In this document: positions 39,785 to 49,361 of the stretch, piece after piece
Numbering within the stretch: the stretch's first letter is position 1
Layout of the letters: each line of letters opens with the position of its first letter
DNA from: Candidatus Omnitrophota bacterium
Lineage (GTDB): Bacteria > Omnitrophota > Gorgyraeia > Gorgyraeales > Gorgyraeaceae
Length of the DNA: 64,000 bases
Reading direction: 5' to 3'
Assembly: GCA_018819285.1 (NCBI GenBank)
Contig: JAHJQM010000029.1
Coordinates: 280-64,279, forward strand
The notes under the pieces: model-generated
What the model saw: only the letters and a program-made list of their open reading frames with translations
Told to the model about the DNA's origin: nothing
Database searches by the model: none
Made by a program: the position numbers and the translations under genes

Positions 39785-41157
39785 ATCTTAAATTGAGATT
39801 CTAGATCGCCTACGATTTCTTCCATTCTCATCGCACGGGAGCCTTTTACGAGAATTGTATCGCCTTTTTTAATCAGGGTGGCGACTTTTTCCCGGGCATC
39901 TTTCATAACTGCGCAGAGTTTTATTTTCCTATTGCTCATGCCTGCTTCCTGCGCGCCTTTTCCGACATGCTCCGCAAGTTTTCCAACAGCTACTATAAGG
40001 TCTATCCCTGATTCTGCCGCTTGTTTACCAACCAGATGATGAAACCTGCTTGAAAATGTGCCGAGTTCAAGCATGTCGCCTGCTATGAGTATTTTTCTGC
40101 CCTCTGTGGTCATATCCCTCAATGCCTCTATTGCCTGTTTCATTGACTGAGGATTGGCGTTATAGGTGTCGTTTATTATTTTTATATCTCCGAATCTCTT
40201 GACCTCCATCCTCATATTAGGCACTCTGAATTCTTTTAAAGCATCTTTTATCTCATCTATAGATATGCCAAAATCCCAGGCGCAGGCTATAGCGCTAAGG
40301 GCGTTATAAACATTATGCCTGCCAAGCACACCGAGCGATATGTCCCATTTTCCATTTAGCCTGAAATTTATACCATCAGGCTCCAGGTTTATCTTATCAG
40401 CATAAAAATCAGCCTCTTTATCAAAACCGAACCAGACGGTCTTGAGATTTGTTTTTATTTTTTTGAGGTATTCATCATCGGCATTTAAAATAAGTTTTGC
40501 ATCCTTATCCATATGTTCCAGTATTTCCACTTTTGCCTTAAGGACAGTATCTACGTCTTCCAAGTATTCCAGGTGCGAATGCCCTATATTTGTAATAATA
40601 GCTACTGTGGGCCTGGCTATTTCTGAAAGCCATCTTATCTCGCCCAAATGATTCATGCCCATCTCTAGAACCGCTATATTGTGCTCGCTATTTAAGCGCA
40701 TCAAAGTAAGCGGTACGCCTATATTATTATTCTCTGTGCCGAAATTTTTTAAAGCATTAAATTTTTTGCTCAGTATGACTGCTGTCATTTCTTTGGTGGT
40801 GGTTTTGCCATTTGAGCCAGTAATGCCTATTATAGGTATGGTAAATCTAGACCTGTGGAAATTTCCAATATTTCCAAGCGCCTTTACGCTGTCATTGACC
40901 GAGATAAAGGAAACATCCGGCAATTTAAAATTTGCATTTGTAATGCCACCTTCCTGGACCAAGACGCCTCCAGCGCCTTTAGAAACAGCGTCCAAGATAA
41001 AACTATGGCCGTCAAACCTATCGCCTTTTATAGCCAGGAAAAGTTCGCCTTTTTTTATCTTGCGCGTATCAGTGGATACGCCTGTCAGTATCTCTTCCAT
41101 ATTCCCTGACAAAAGCTTTCCTTTTACTGCAGTTAAGACATCTCTGACTGTAAACAT
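39778..41157 (-). CDS. murF: UDP-MurNAc-tripeptide--D-Ala-D-Ala ligase
   Basis: TGSNGKTTTKE, LEMGMNH, NDTYNANP, GDMLELG, KGSR. Confidence 0.97.
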   Translation of the reverse strand: MFTVRDVLTAVKGKLLSGNMEEILTGVSTDTRKIKKGELFLAIKGDRFDGHSFILDAVSKGAGGVLVQEGGITNANFKLPDVSFISVNDSVKALGNIGNFHRSRFTIPIIGITGSNGKTTTKEMTAVILSKKFNALKNFGTENNNIGVPLTLMRLNSEHNIAVLEMGMNHLGEIRWLSEIARPTVAIITNIGHSHLEYLEDVDTVLKAKVEILEHMDKDAKLILNADDEYLKKIKTNLKTVWFGFDKEADFYADKINLEPDGINFRLNGKWDISLGVLGRHNVYNALSAIACAWDFGISIDEIKDALKEFRVPNMRMEVKRFGDIKIINDTYNANPQSMKQAIEALRDMTTEGRKILIAGDMLELGTFSSRFHHLVGKQAAESGIDLIVAVGKLAEHVGKGAQEAGMSNRKIKLCAVMKDAREKVATLIKKGDTILVKGSRAMRMEEIVGDLESQFKIS

Positions 41158-42635
41158 AGCCCCGCCTCCTTTAAAATCCTTTTTACAACCTCCCTATCGT
41201 CAAAGGGAATAGTAGTGTCCTTGAATATCTGGTATGTCTCATGGCCTTTGCCGGCAATTAACACTATATCGCCTTCATGGGCCTCAACCAAGGCCTTTTT
41301 AATAGCGTTAAATCTGTCCGGCTCGATTGCATAATTATCTTTTTGAGGGCTTATGCCCTTAATAATCTCGTTTATTATATCTATCGGCTCTTCGGTCCTG
41401 GGATTATCGCTTGTAATAAAAACAATGTCTGAAAGTTCTGTTGAAATCTTTCCCATGGCCGGCCTTTTAGTTCTGTCGCGATTTCCCCCGCAGCCGAATA
41501 CTGAAATAAGCCTGCGCGGTTTTAATTCCCTCAGGGATTCAAGCACATTGGTAAACCCGTCTTCTGTATGAGCATAATCAACGTAAACTGAAAAATTTTG
41601 GCCGCAGCCAACGCTTTCGAGCCTTCCAGGAAGGCTTTTTAGCGCTTCAACGCCAATCTTTATATCTTTTAAATCCATTCCAATAGCAAGGCTGGCGCCA
41701 ATACTGGCTAGGATATTATAGATATTATGGCGGCCGATTAAATTTGATTTAATTTCAATTGTGCCTTTAGGGCTATAAAGCTTGAATTCTAAACCGTTAC
41801 AGGAAAGTCGCAAGTCTCTGGCTGTAATATCTGCTTCGCGGTCGATGCTGTATGTAATTATAGCTGCCTTGCTTTCAGATTTAACCTTCTCTATAATTTT
41901 TTCTGAAGCAGGGTCGTCTATGTTTACTATTGCAAAGCCGCCTTTTTTTATTTTCTCGAATAATTTAAGCTTTGCGTTCAAATAATCATCCATATTTTTG
42001 TGAAAATCCAGATGTTCTCTGGTAAGATTTGTAAATATAGCCACGTCAAATTGCAATGTCTCCACCCTTCTCTGTTCCAAAGAATGCGAGGAGATTTCCA
42101 TTATACAATAATTTAACTTTTCTTTTTGCATGTTTGATAAAAGAGAGTAAAGCTCTAATGCCCCTGGCGTAGTATTTATGCTGGGGATGGAGCGCTGGCC
42201 AAATCTATAATTCACAGTGCCTATTACTCCCACGCCCTCATTCCTGGACTTAAGTATGCTTTCCATGAGATATGTAATCGTGGTTTTGCCATTAGTGCCG
42301 GTAACGCCTATAAGGCTCATTTTACTAGAGATATCGCCAAAATAAGCCTGAGAAGCCTGAGCAAGGCCGTACTTGGCGTCTTCCACATATATAAAGGTAT
42401 TGCCTCTTTTAAATATACCTGCGCTATCATCATCTAATAAAATCGCATTAGCGCCTCTATCTATTGCCTCATCAATAAAATCCGCGCCATTTACTCTTGA
42501 TCCTTTTAAGGCAATAAACATATAGCCAGGTTTAACTGCCTTTGAATCGCAGGCAATACCTGTTATTTCCAGGTTTGTTTTGCCATCAACCTTCACTGTT
42601 CCGCTTAAATTATCTATTATTTTTTTTAATTTCAT
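41133..42635 (-). CDS. murE: UDP-MurNAc-dipeptide--meso-DAP ligase
   Basis: TGTNGKTT, VDYAHT, FGCGGNRD, SDNPR (DAP-type), AGKGHE. Confidence 0.97.
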   Translation of the reverse strand: MKLKKIIDNLSGTVKVDGKTNLEITGIACDSKAVKPGYMFIALKGSRVNGADFIDEAIDRGANAILLDDDSAGIFKRGNTFIYVEDAKYGLAQASQAYFGDISSKMSLIGVTGTNGKTTITYLMESILKSRNEGVGVIGTVNYRFGQRSIPSINTTPGALELYSLLSNMQKEKLNYCIMEISSHSLEQRRVETLQFDVAIFTNLTREHLDFHKNMDDYLNAKLKLFEKIKKGGFAIVNIDDPASEKIIEKVKSESKAAIITYSIDREADITARDLRLSCNGLEFKLYSPKGTIEIKSNLIGRHNIYNILASIGASLAIGMDLKDIKIGVEALKSLPGRLESVGCGQNFSVYVDYAHTEDGFTNVLESLRELKPRRLISVFGCGGNRDRTKRPAMGKISTELSDIVFITSDNPRTEEPIDIINEIIKGISPQKDNYAIEPDRFNAIKKALVEAHEGDIVLIAGKGHETYQIFKDTTIPFDDREVVKRILKEAGLCLQSEMS

Positions 42636-42651
42636 ATATACCTATCTTAAC

Positions 42652-42688
42652 AACTTGACACTTTTGACATTGTCAGAAGTGTCAACTT
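42652..42688. repeat. REP-like palindrome family A, copy 9 (37 bp); contains the ftsI stop
   Basis: aacttgacacttttgac-att-gtcagaagtgtcaactt. Confidence 0.9.
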
Positions 42689-44400
42689 GCTGGCTTTTTA
42701 TTATTTTTCTCTGCCACTTTTTTGTCTTTTGGCCAGATCTTGTAGTAGCTCATGAGCTCTGCGGCTACTTTTTTAAATACAGGCGCACAGACTACTCCTC
42801 CATAGTAAATCGGCCGCGGCTCGTCCATTATTACAACTATAACAAACTTTGGATTATCGGACGGCACAAAGCCTATAAATGAGGCTGTAAATTTGCTATG
42901 CGAATAAGTGCCGTTAGACTCTACTTTTTGGGCTGTGCCTGTTTTACCTGCAGGAAAATATCCTTCAACCTCTGCAAGTTTTGCTGTGCCGCTATCGACA
43001 ACGCTTCTTAATATAGTTCTCATTTCTCTGGCAGTTTCTTCTGAAATCACCCTCTGGGGTTTCTTTGGCTCAAATTTCTGTATAACATTACCTGTGCAGT
43101 CCTGTATCATATCAACTATTCTTGGCTTTACGAGATTGCCTCCGTTTGCAAGGGTTGACATTGCGCAGGCAAGCTGAAGAGCTGTTACGGTCACTTCCTG
43201 GCCCATTGAAATACTGCAGAGAGAAAGTTTTGACCAGGTATTGGGATGAGTAGTGATGCCATTTACTTCTCCTGGAAGTTCGATGCCTGTCTTTTCTCCA
43301 AATCCAAACTTCTTTATATATTTATACAGCCTGTCTTTTCCGAGCCGCTGGGCTGCTTTCATTGTGCCGATATTAGAAGAATATTTGATCACATCTCTAA
43401 ATTCCAGCCAGCCATGAGGTTTATGATCATGATATTTATGGCCGCACCATTTATATTCGCCGTTCTCGCAGAAAAACTTGTCGCTGGGCTGAACTGCCTT
43501 TTCTTCAAGGAGGCTGGAGGCTGTTATTATTTTAAAACTTGAGCCAGGTTCAAAAAAATCGCATATGGCTCTATTTCTTCTAGAGTCAGGGGGTTCAGCC
43601 TTGGCATTATTCGGGTCAAAATTAGGCCTATTGCTAAGCGCAAGTATATCTCCTGTGAAAGGGTCCATTACAATGATACACGCGCCCTTGGCGTGATATT
43701 TTTTAAAACCATTTTCCAGTTCGCGTTCTGCAAACGACTGGATTAAACTGTCTATGGTGAGTACAAGATTATCTCCGTCAATCGGCTGTATTTCCTTATA
43801 TTCATACCCAGGGACTTCGCGTTGCTTGGCGTCTCTTATCGCATATCTATAGCCTATAACGCCTTTTAAATATTTATCGAATTTCAGTTCCAGGCCTTCA
43901 AGGCCGTTATTATCTATGTCTGTAAAACCAAGGATATGGCTTGCGATTACACCATTAGGATAGGCCCTATGGGGCTCTTTGATAAAATCTATACCTTTAA
44001 TATTAAGGGCGCGGATAACCCTAGCAGTATCCTGGGAAACCTTACGGCCCAACCAAACAAAACCTCTTTTCTGGTTGAGTTTCTTATATATCTCATCCTG
44101 GCTTAGACCAAGGATAGACGCAAGTTTCTGGCTGTCTATGCCTTTATCTTTTACCTTGAAAGGTTCGGCAAATATTGAAACCAGATTTATGTTTATAGCG
44201 AGTTCTTTTAGGTTACGGTCGTAAATTACGCCGCGTTTAGGGAGAAGCGGCACCAAAAGCCTATATTGATTTGAAGCAATATTTGACAGGGATCTTGCTG
44301 CGCCTAGCTGTACAAAAACTAGCCTGACACATAGAAGCACGAACGCTATGATTAAAGTATATAGGACTTTCCTTATACGGGAAGGGGTTCCTTTGTACAC
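42682..44400 (-). CDS. ftsI: Class B penicillin-binding protein FtsI/PBP3
   Basis: RGVIYDRN, EPGSSFK (SxxK), SSN, KTGTAQK. Confidence 0.95.
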   Translation of the reverse strand: MYKGTPSRIRKVLYTLIIAFVLLCVRLVFVQLGAARSLSNIASNQYRLLVPLLPKRGVIYDRNLKELAININLVSIFAEPFKVKDKGIDSQKLASILGLSQDEIYKKLNQKRGFVWLGRKVSQDTARVIRALNIKGIDFIKEPHRAYPNGVIASHILGFTDIDNNGLEGLELKFDKYLKGVIGYRYAIRDAKQREVPGYEYKEIQPIDGDNLVLTIDSLIQSFAERELENGFKKYHAKGACIIVMDPFTGDILALSNRPNFDPNNAKAEPPDSRRNRAICDFFEPGSSFKIITASSLLEEKAVQPSDKFFCENGEYKWCGHKYHDHKPHGWLEFRDVIKYSSNIGTMKAAQRLGKDRLYKYIKKFGFGEKTGIELPGEVNGITTHPNTWSKLSLCSISMGQEVTVTALQLACAMSTLANGGNLVKPRIVDMIQDCTGNVIQKFEPKKPQRVISEETAREMRTILRSVVDSGTAKLAEVEGYFPAGKTGTAQKVESNGTYSHSKFTASFIGFVPSDNPKFVIVVIMDEPRPIYYGGVVCAPVFKKVAAELMSYYKIWPKDKKVAEKNNKKPAS

Positions 44401-44416
44401 AATTCTTACCTATTTT

Positions 44417-44779
44417 TTAACGGCCGCTCACAAACAGATTGGCTAAAGGGCTTTTCTTTGCTAAATTTTTATAATTTAAAACAAGCTTTTTGGGGGAATG
44501 ATCAATCTTCACCACCTGCCATTTGGAAGGCATGGATAACTCTACTTCCTTGGCTAAGAGTCTTCTCTCAAGAGCGACAGGTGACCTCAAATTTAAAACA
44601 TTATATACCAGAATTTTGTTGTGGTCAACCAACTTTGCATATACATCATTATTTTGTTTCACTTTCAGGCCCATTTGATATATCAAGGCCTGCTGATTCA
44701 CATACATAACTGCTACAAAAGTCACCATCAAGATAGTTGCGAGAATTTTAGGGCAGTAATTGTTGGGGTTTTTATTCAT
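44417..44779 (-). CDS. FtsL-like cell division protein
   Basis: Single TM plus coiled coil, LRSP..LE; position between rsmH and ftsI. Confidence 0.7.
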   Translation of the reverse strand: MNKNPNNYCPKILATILMVTFVAVMYVNQQALIYQMGLKVKQNNDVYAKLVDHNKILVYNVLNLRSPVALERRLLAKEVELSMPSKWQVVKIDHSPKKLVLNYKNLAKKSPLANLFVSGR

Positions 44780-44782
44780 TTT

Positions 44783-45679
44783 TTACAGCCTTTCTCCGAC
44801 TCGAAGCTTGGCGCTTCTGGAACGCGGATTCGCAATCACTTCGTTTTCATCCGCCACAATAGGTTTTTTGGTAAGGATATTAAAAATGCCTTCGGCCTTA
44901 AACTTTTTGAAAGTATGCTTTGCGATTCTGTCTTCCAAAGAATGAAATGATATAACGCAAGCCCTGGCGCCTTTTTCAAGGGCCTCTGGTAATTCCATCA
45001 AGGCCTCGCTTATTGAATCTAATTCATCGTTAGTCTTTATGCGAAGGGCTTGGAACGTCCTGGTAGCAGGGTGAATCTTGTATTTATTGTTAACGTAAGG
45101 AAGGCTGCGTAAAATTACTTCAGTCAACTCAGCTGTTGTAGAGATTTCTTTTTTCCTTCTTTCTTCAACAATACGCCTGGCTATCCTTCCATGAAACCTC
45201 TCTTCCCCTAAATCTTTTATAATAATAGAGAGTTCCCTTTCGCTCAGGCCATTCACCAGGTCCTTTGCAGTAAGGCGCTGGTTGCGGTCCATGCGCATAT
45301 CTAAAGGGCCGTCCATTTTTATGCTGAATCCTCTTTGCCATGCCTCCATTTGGATACTAGATATGCCCATATCAAATATAATCCCATTGGCTTTACTGAC
45401 TCCTATGTCTTTAAGTATTTCTTTTAGATACTTAAAATTTTTGTTTATCAATTTAAATGACCCCTCGAAAGGCCTCAGTCTTTCAGATGCCAGTCTCAAT
45501 GTTTCTTCATCCCTATCGATCCCTATCAGCATGCCGCCAGGTGTGATTTTATGAAGGATTTGCTCGCTATGCCCTGCGCCACCTATCGTAGCATCTACTA
45601 TTATCTCGCCCGGCGCAGGATTTAAAAAACTAATTACCTCTCTCGCCAATACTGGATTATGCAAATAGCTTTTTTCCAT
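44783..45679 (-). CDS. rsmH: 16S rRNA m4C1402 methyltransferase
   Basis: HNPVL, DATIGGAGHS, PLDMRMD, HPATRTFQALRI, SFHSLEDR, RSRSAKLR. Confidence 0.98.
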   Translation of the reverse strand: MEKSYLHNPVLAREVISFLNPAPGEIIVDATIGGAGHSEQILHKITPGGMLIGIDRDEETLRLASERLRPFEGSFKLINKNFKYLKEILKDIGVSKANGIIFDMGISSIQMEAWQRGFSIKMDGPLDMRMDRNQRLTAKDLVNGLSERELSIIIKDLGEERFHGRIARRIVEERRKKEISTTAELTEVILRSLPYVNNKYKIHPATRTFQALRIKTNDELDSISEALMELPEALEKGARACVISFHSLEDRIAKHTFKKFKAEGIFNILTKKPIVADENEVIANPRSRSAKLRVGERL

Positions 45680-45842
45680 TATTGCTTTTCAGTATCTTAT
45701 AAATCTCCTCACTAGCCGCAAGACACTTTGGGTCAATATTCAAAGACCGGGTTCTGCGTATACATTCAACAGGAATATCAAAAAAATTTGTTTCACAAAC
45801 TTTACATTTTACAACTACTCTGGAATTATGATTGCGTAACAT
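45657..45842 (-). CDS. Small Cys-containing hypothetical protein (61 aa) between mraZ and rsmH
   Basis: Strong SD AAAGGAGG before ATG 45842; CKVC plus two further Cys; fills the gap and overlaps the rsmH start. Confidence 0.7.
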   Translation of the reverse strand: MLRNHNSRVVVKCKVCETNFFDIPVECIRRTRSLNIDPKCLAASEEIYKILKSNNGKKLFA

Positions 45843-45855
45843 AAGACCTCCTTTG

Positions 45856-46293
45856 CTATTCCTCAATAAGTTTTTCAGCTACATCTTCGAACGTATCTTT
45901 GGACTTGGAATAATATTCTTCCCAAAGTTCATGGCTCCATATTTCGATACGGTTTGATACGCCGATAATATACACCTCCTTCTTTATTTCTGCGTAATCT
46001 TTCAAGTACGACGGAATAAGTATCCTGCCCTGTTTATCAGGAACCATTTCCGAGGCGCCTGAAAAATAAAGCCTGTTGAATTTTCTGGATTCTCGTTTCG
46101 TAAATGACATTGATTTAAATTTCTGCTCCTGGACCTTCCATTCATCCTCAGCAAACATAAAAAGGCATTTATCCAAGCCGCGGGTAATAAAAAAGCGCTC
46201 GACATAATGCTCCTTGAGCGCGTCCCTGAATTTAGCGGGAATGATAATGCGTTGTTTTCTGTCCAGCGTATGCTTGAATTCTCCGTAAAACAT
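45856..46293 (-). CDS. mraZ: Transcriptional regulator MraZ
   Basis: MFYGEFKHTLDRKQRIIIPAKFR, TRGLDKCL, DKQGRILIP, GVSNRIEIW. Confidence 0.98.
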   Translation of the reverse strand: MFYGEFKHTLDRKQRIIIPAKFRDALKEHYVERFFITRGLDKCLFMFAEDEWKVQEQKFKSMSFTKRESRKFNRLYFSGASEMVPDKQGRILIPSYLKDYAEIKKEVYIIGVSNRIEIWSHELWEEYYSKSKDTFEDVAEKLIEE

Positions 46294-46298
46294 ATGTT

Positions 46299-46328
46299 AC
46301 TCCACTTTACTCCACTTTGTACCACTTT
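46299..46328 (-). promoter_or_regulatory. Three MraZ-binding repeats (AAAGTGG, 10-bp period)
   Basis: aaagtggtac aaagtggagt aaagtggagt directly before the mraZ ATG. Confidence 0.85.
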
Positions 46329-46336
46329 GTAATCAA

Positions 46337-46365
46337 AGTTTACCCTAACAGAGTTTTTATGTCAA
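46337..46365 (-). promoter_or_regulatory. Sigma70 promoter of the dcw cluster
   Basis: TTGACA-17bp-TAAACT. Confidence 0.75.
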
Positions 46366-46438
46366 GTAAAAATTCTAACTTTTTTGGGATAATACTATAT
46401 ACGGGATATATTGTTATTTATAGACACTAAATATAGTG

Positions 46439-46477
46439 CAACTTTACACAACCGACAATGTCACTTGTGTAAAGTTG
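46439..46477. repeat. REP-like palindrome family B, copy 2 (1 nt after the ribF stop)
   Basis: caactttacacaaccgac-aat-gtcacttgtgtaaagttg. Confidence 0.9.
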
Positions 46478-46478
46478 T

Positions 46479-47345
46479 TTAGAGGGCGCGTAGAATGTCT
46501 TGTTGGATTTGACGCTTGAGGGCTTCGAGGGATTTGAATTTCTTTTCGTCTCTTATCTTTTTCTTAAATATAACTTCTATATCTCTTCCGTAGATATCTT
46601 TATTAAAATTAAATATATGGGCTTCTATTATTTTGTGGGCGCTTATATTTAATATACCGCCGTAGAGCTTCCCATCCCTATCCAACGCTACGTCAACGCT
46701 ATAAACGCCACTCGAAGGAATGGATTCATGGTGCGGGTCAATATTCGCCGTAGGAAAACCTATTTTTCTGCCGAGCCTTTTACCTTTTACAACAGTGCCT
46801 AAAATTGTTACCGGACGGCCTAATAATTTTGAAGCAAGCAACAGGTCCCCTCTTTCAATCGCTTTTCTGATTCTTGTGCTGGAGACATAGTCTCCTTCTA
46901 TTTTTATAGGCGTGATGCTGCATAATTTAAAATTGTAAAGCTTGCTTAATCTTTTTAACAGCCTTACATCGCCTTTTTCTTTGAAGCCGAATAAAAAGTT
47001 CTCGCCTGTTACAAGCGCTTTGAGATTTAATTTATCTATCAGGATATTCTTTATGAAACCTTCCGGGCTGAGCTTTGAAAAACTTTTCGTAAATCTCTCG
47101 ACAAAAAAATAATCTACGCCCATTTTTTTTATTAATCTGCCTCTATGTTCCAGAGACATTAAAAGCGGGATTTCGGCGCTAGGATTAAGGACGTTTACAG
47201 GATGCGGATTAAACGTAATGACTACGCTTTTGAGGCGCGATCTTTTTGCCTCTTCCAAGACCTTTTTCAAGATCACCTGATGGCCTTTATGGACGCCGTC
47301 AAATATGCCTATCGTAACTGCTGTAGGATATGATATCTTTTTCAT
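46479..47345 (-). CDS. ribF: Bifunctional riboflavin kinase/FAD synthetase
   Basis: IGIFDGVHKGH, TFNPHP, SSTRIR, GRKIGFPTAN, IRDEKKF. Confidence 0.95.
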   Translation of the reverse strand: MKKISYPTAVTIGIFDGVHKGHQVILKKVLEEAKRSRLKSVVITFNPHPVNVLNPSAEIPLLMSLEHRGRLIKKMGVDYFFVERFTKSFSKLSPEGFIKNILIDKLNLKALVTGENFLFGFKEKGDVRLLKRLSKLYNFKLCSITPIKIEGDYVSSTRIRKAIERGDLLLASKLLGRPVTILGTVVKGKRLGRKIGFPTANIDPHHESIPSSGVYSVDVALDRDGKLYGGILNISAHKIIEAHIFNFNKDIYGRDIEVIFKKKIRDEKKFKSLEALKRQIQQDILRAL

Positions 47346-47982
47346 TTACCTCATCCAGGGTCTTTGAATCTTCTAATAAAAAATCTCCTGACGCGCTTCT
47401 TACCAGGCTTGACATGTGGCTCGGAACTCCCAGCGATTTACCAATATCTTCGCATAAGGTTCTCACGTAAGTGCCTTTGGAACACCTAACTCTAAAGGTC
47501 ATTTCCGGAAAATTAAAATCAAGTATTTCAATATCGCTGATTTTTATTTTGCGTGAGCTTCTTTCTACTGTCTTGCCAGACCTTGCAAGCTGATAAAGTT
47601 TTTTGCCTTTATATTTTATTGCGGATACCATTGGAGGGATCTGCTCTATTTCTCCTTTAAAATTATCAAGCGCTTTTTTTATAGCCTCTATATCCAGGCT
47701 CTCGATCTTTGTCTCTTCAATAACTTTGCCTTGACTATCCTGCGTATCGGTCTTTTTCCCAAAAAAGACTTTTGCGACATAAACTTTGTCATCGCTCGTG
47801 AATGTATTTGATAATTTTGTGGCTTTTCCCAGGAGCATCACAAGGACTCCTGTCGCCATCGGATCCAGGGTGCCTGCATGGCCAACGCGTTTTATATCGA
47901 ATTTCCGCCTGATAAAATCTACCACATCGTGGGAGGTAATGCCTGAGGGCTTATTGACTATCAAAATTCCATCCAGTTGCAT
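47299..47982 (-). CDS. truB: tRNA pseudouridine(55) synthase
   Basis: NKPSGITSHDVV, GHAGTLDPMATG, CSKGTYVRTL; start trimmed to ATG 47982. Confidence 0.97.
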   Translation of the reverse strand: MQLDGILIVNKPSGITSHDVVDFIRRKFDIKRVGHAGTLDPMATGVLVMLLGKATKLSNTFTSDDKVYVAKVFFGKKTDTQDSQGKVIEETKIESLDIEAIKKALDNFKGEIEQIPPMVSAIKYKGKKLYQLARSGKTVERSSRKIKISDIEILDFNFPEMTFRVRCSKGTYVRTLCEDIGKSLGVPSHMSSLVRSASGDFLLEDSKTLDEVNEKDIISYSSYDRHI

Positions 47983-47994
47983 TGCTCGCCTCTG

Positions 47995-48028
47995 AATTTT
48001 GCAGATTGCAAAAATAATCTGCAAAATT
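47995..48028. repeat. 13-bp perfect inverted repeat at the nrnA-truB junction
   Basis: aattttgcagatt-gcaaaaat-aatctgcaaaatt. Confidence 0.7.
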
Positions 48029-48030
48029 GG

Positions 48031-49011
48031 TTAATGAATACACGATTTATCGTTAACCGCTTCTTTTGCTTTTTCCAGGACTTTTTTTTCTACATCTTCT
48101 ATTTTACCGAATACAGTGCAGCCGCTTGCGGTAGGATGGCCTCCGCCGCCAAATAACCCTGCGAGTTTATTTACATCCACTTTGCCTTTAGAGCGAAAAC
48201 TCGCCTTTACCCTGTCTTCAGTGCCGGTTTCTCTAAATAGAATCGCTATCTCTACTCCGTCTATCGACCGTGCAAAGTTTATGATGCCTTCCGTGCCTTC
48301 CAGAGACGCCTTTGTCTTTTTTAACATCTCTTTTGTAACCCATAGCCATGCGATTTTTCCATCCTCTGTAAGCTTCATTGTCTGAAGGGCTTCTCCCAGA
48401 AGATTTGTATCCTGCACGCTGCTTGTTTCGTAAATCTTAGTATGCATCTCGTACGGCTGGACGCCTATATCTATCAATTCTGCGACTACCCTGTGGGTCT
48501 TTGAAGATGTGTTAGAATACCTGAAAGATCCCGTATCAGTCATAATCGCGGCGTATAAAGCGATTGCATCGTCCAAATCTATCTTCACCTTAAACGCCTT
48601 GAATAAATCGTAAACCATTTCTCCCGCGCTTGAAAATTCCGGCTCTACCCAGTTGAATTTTCCGAAATTTATATTTGAGATGTGGTGGTCGATATTTATT
48701 ATTACCGCATCTTTTTTGATATATTCACTGACTCGCCCTATCCTGGCCAAGTCCGGAGAATCCAGGATAATAATCGCCTGATAATCAAAATCATGCGGCA
48801 TTTCTTTTGATATTTTCTCAGTGCCTTTTATAAATTGCAGCAGGCTAGGCACAGGACTGTCATCCAACATCACAGCAACCTTCCCTAATTTCCTAAGTAA
48901 AAATACCATTGCCACCTGGCTGCCTATTGCGTCAGCCTCTGGATTTATATGGCTTGTTATAAGAAATTTATTAAACTTCTTTATCGCCGCTTTGACTCTC
49001 CTTATGCTCAT
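48031..49011 (-). CDS. nrnA: DHH/DHHA1 oligoribonuclease/PAP phosphatase
   Basis: SHINPEADAIGS, IDHH, TDTGSF, GGGGH. Confidence 0.93.
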   Translation of the reverse strand: MSIRRVKAAIKKFNKFLITSHINPEADAIGSQVAMVFLLRKLGKVAVMLDDSPVPSLLQFIKGTEKISKEMPHDFDYQAIIILDSPDLARIGRVSEYIKKDAVIINIDHHISNINFGKFNWVEPEFSSAGEMVYDLFKAFKVKIDLDDAIALYAAIMTDTGSFRYSNTSSKTHRVVAELIDIGVQPYEMHTKIYETSSVQDTNLLGEALQTMKLTEDGKIAWLWVTKEMLKKTKASLEGTEGIINFARSIDGVEIAILFRETGTEDRVKASFRSKGKVDVNKLAGLFGGGGHPTASGCTVFGKIEDVEKKVLEKAKEAVNDKSCIH

Positions 49012-49345
49012 TTTTTATCCTTTCGAAGGTCTTTTCCAGGTTTATGCTATATTCTATTGAATTGTCCAATGTAAAATGAAGTTCTGGCACATACCTAAGA
49101 TTTATTCTTTCTGCGATGAGTTTTCTTATAAAGCCTTTGGCGCTTGTTATGCCTTTCAAGCCCTCTTTTTTAACCAAATCATCGCCCATGATGCTGAAAT
49201 AAATCCTAGCATACCTCAGGTCGCCAGTAAGCTCAATTCTAGTGATAGTTACAAAACCTATGCGCGGATCCTTCAGATCTTCCTGTAATATTTTTGAGAT
49301 TTCTTTTTTTAACTGGCCTTCCACTCTTTTTGATCGTATTCCCAT
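48971..49345 (-). CDS. rbfA: Ribosome-binding factor A
   Basis: LKDPRIGFVTIT..DLRYA..GFIR..LRYVPELHF.LD.S. Confidence 0.96.
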   Translation of the reverse strand: MGIRSKRVEGQLKKEISKILQEDLKDPRIGFVTITRIELTGDLRYARIYFSIMGDDLVKKEGLKGITSAKGFIRKLIAERINLRYVPELHFTLDNSIEYSINLEKTFERIKNEHKESQSGDKEV

Positions 49346-49361
49346 TTCCGCTCCTTATTTC

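Noticed and set aside
46299-46328. AAAGTGG 10-bp-period repeat as a novel element
   Set aside because: Matches the established MraZ binding repeats upstream of mraZ
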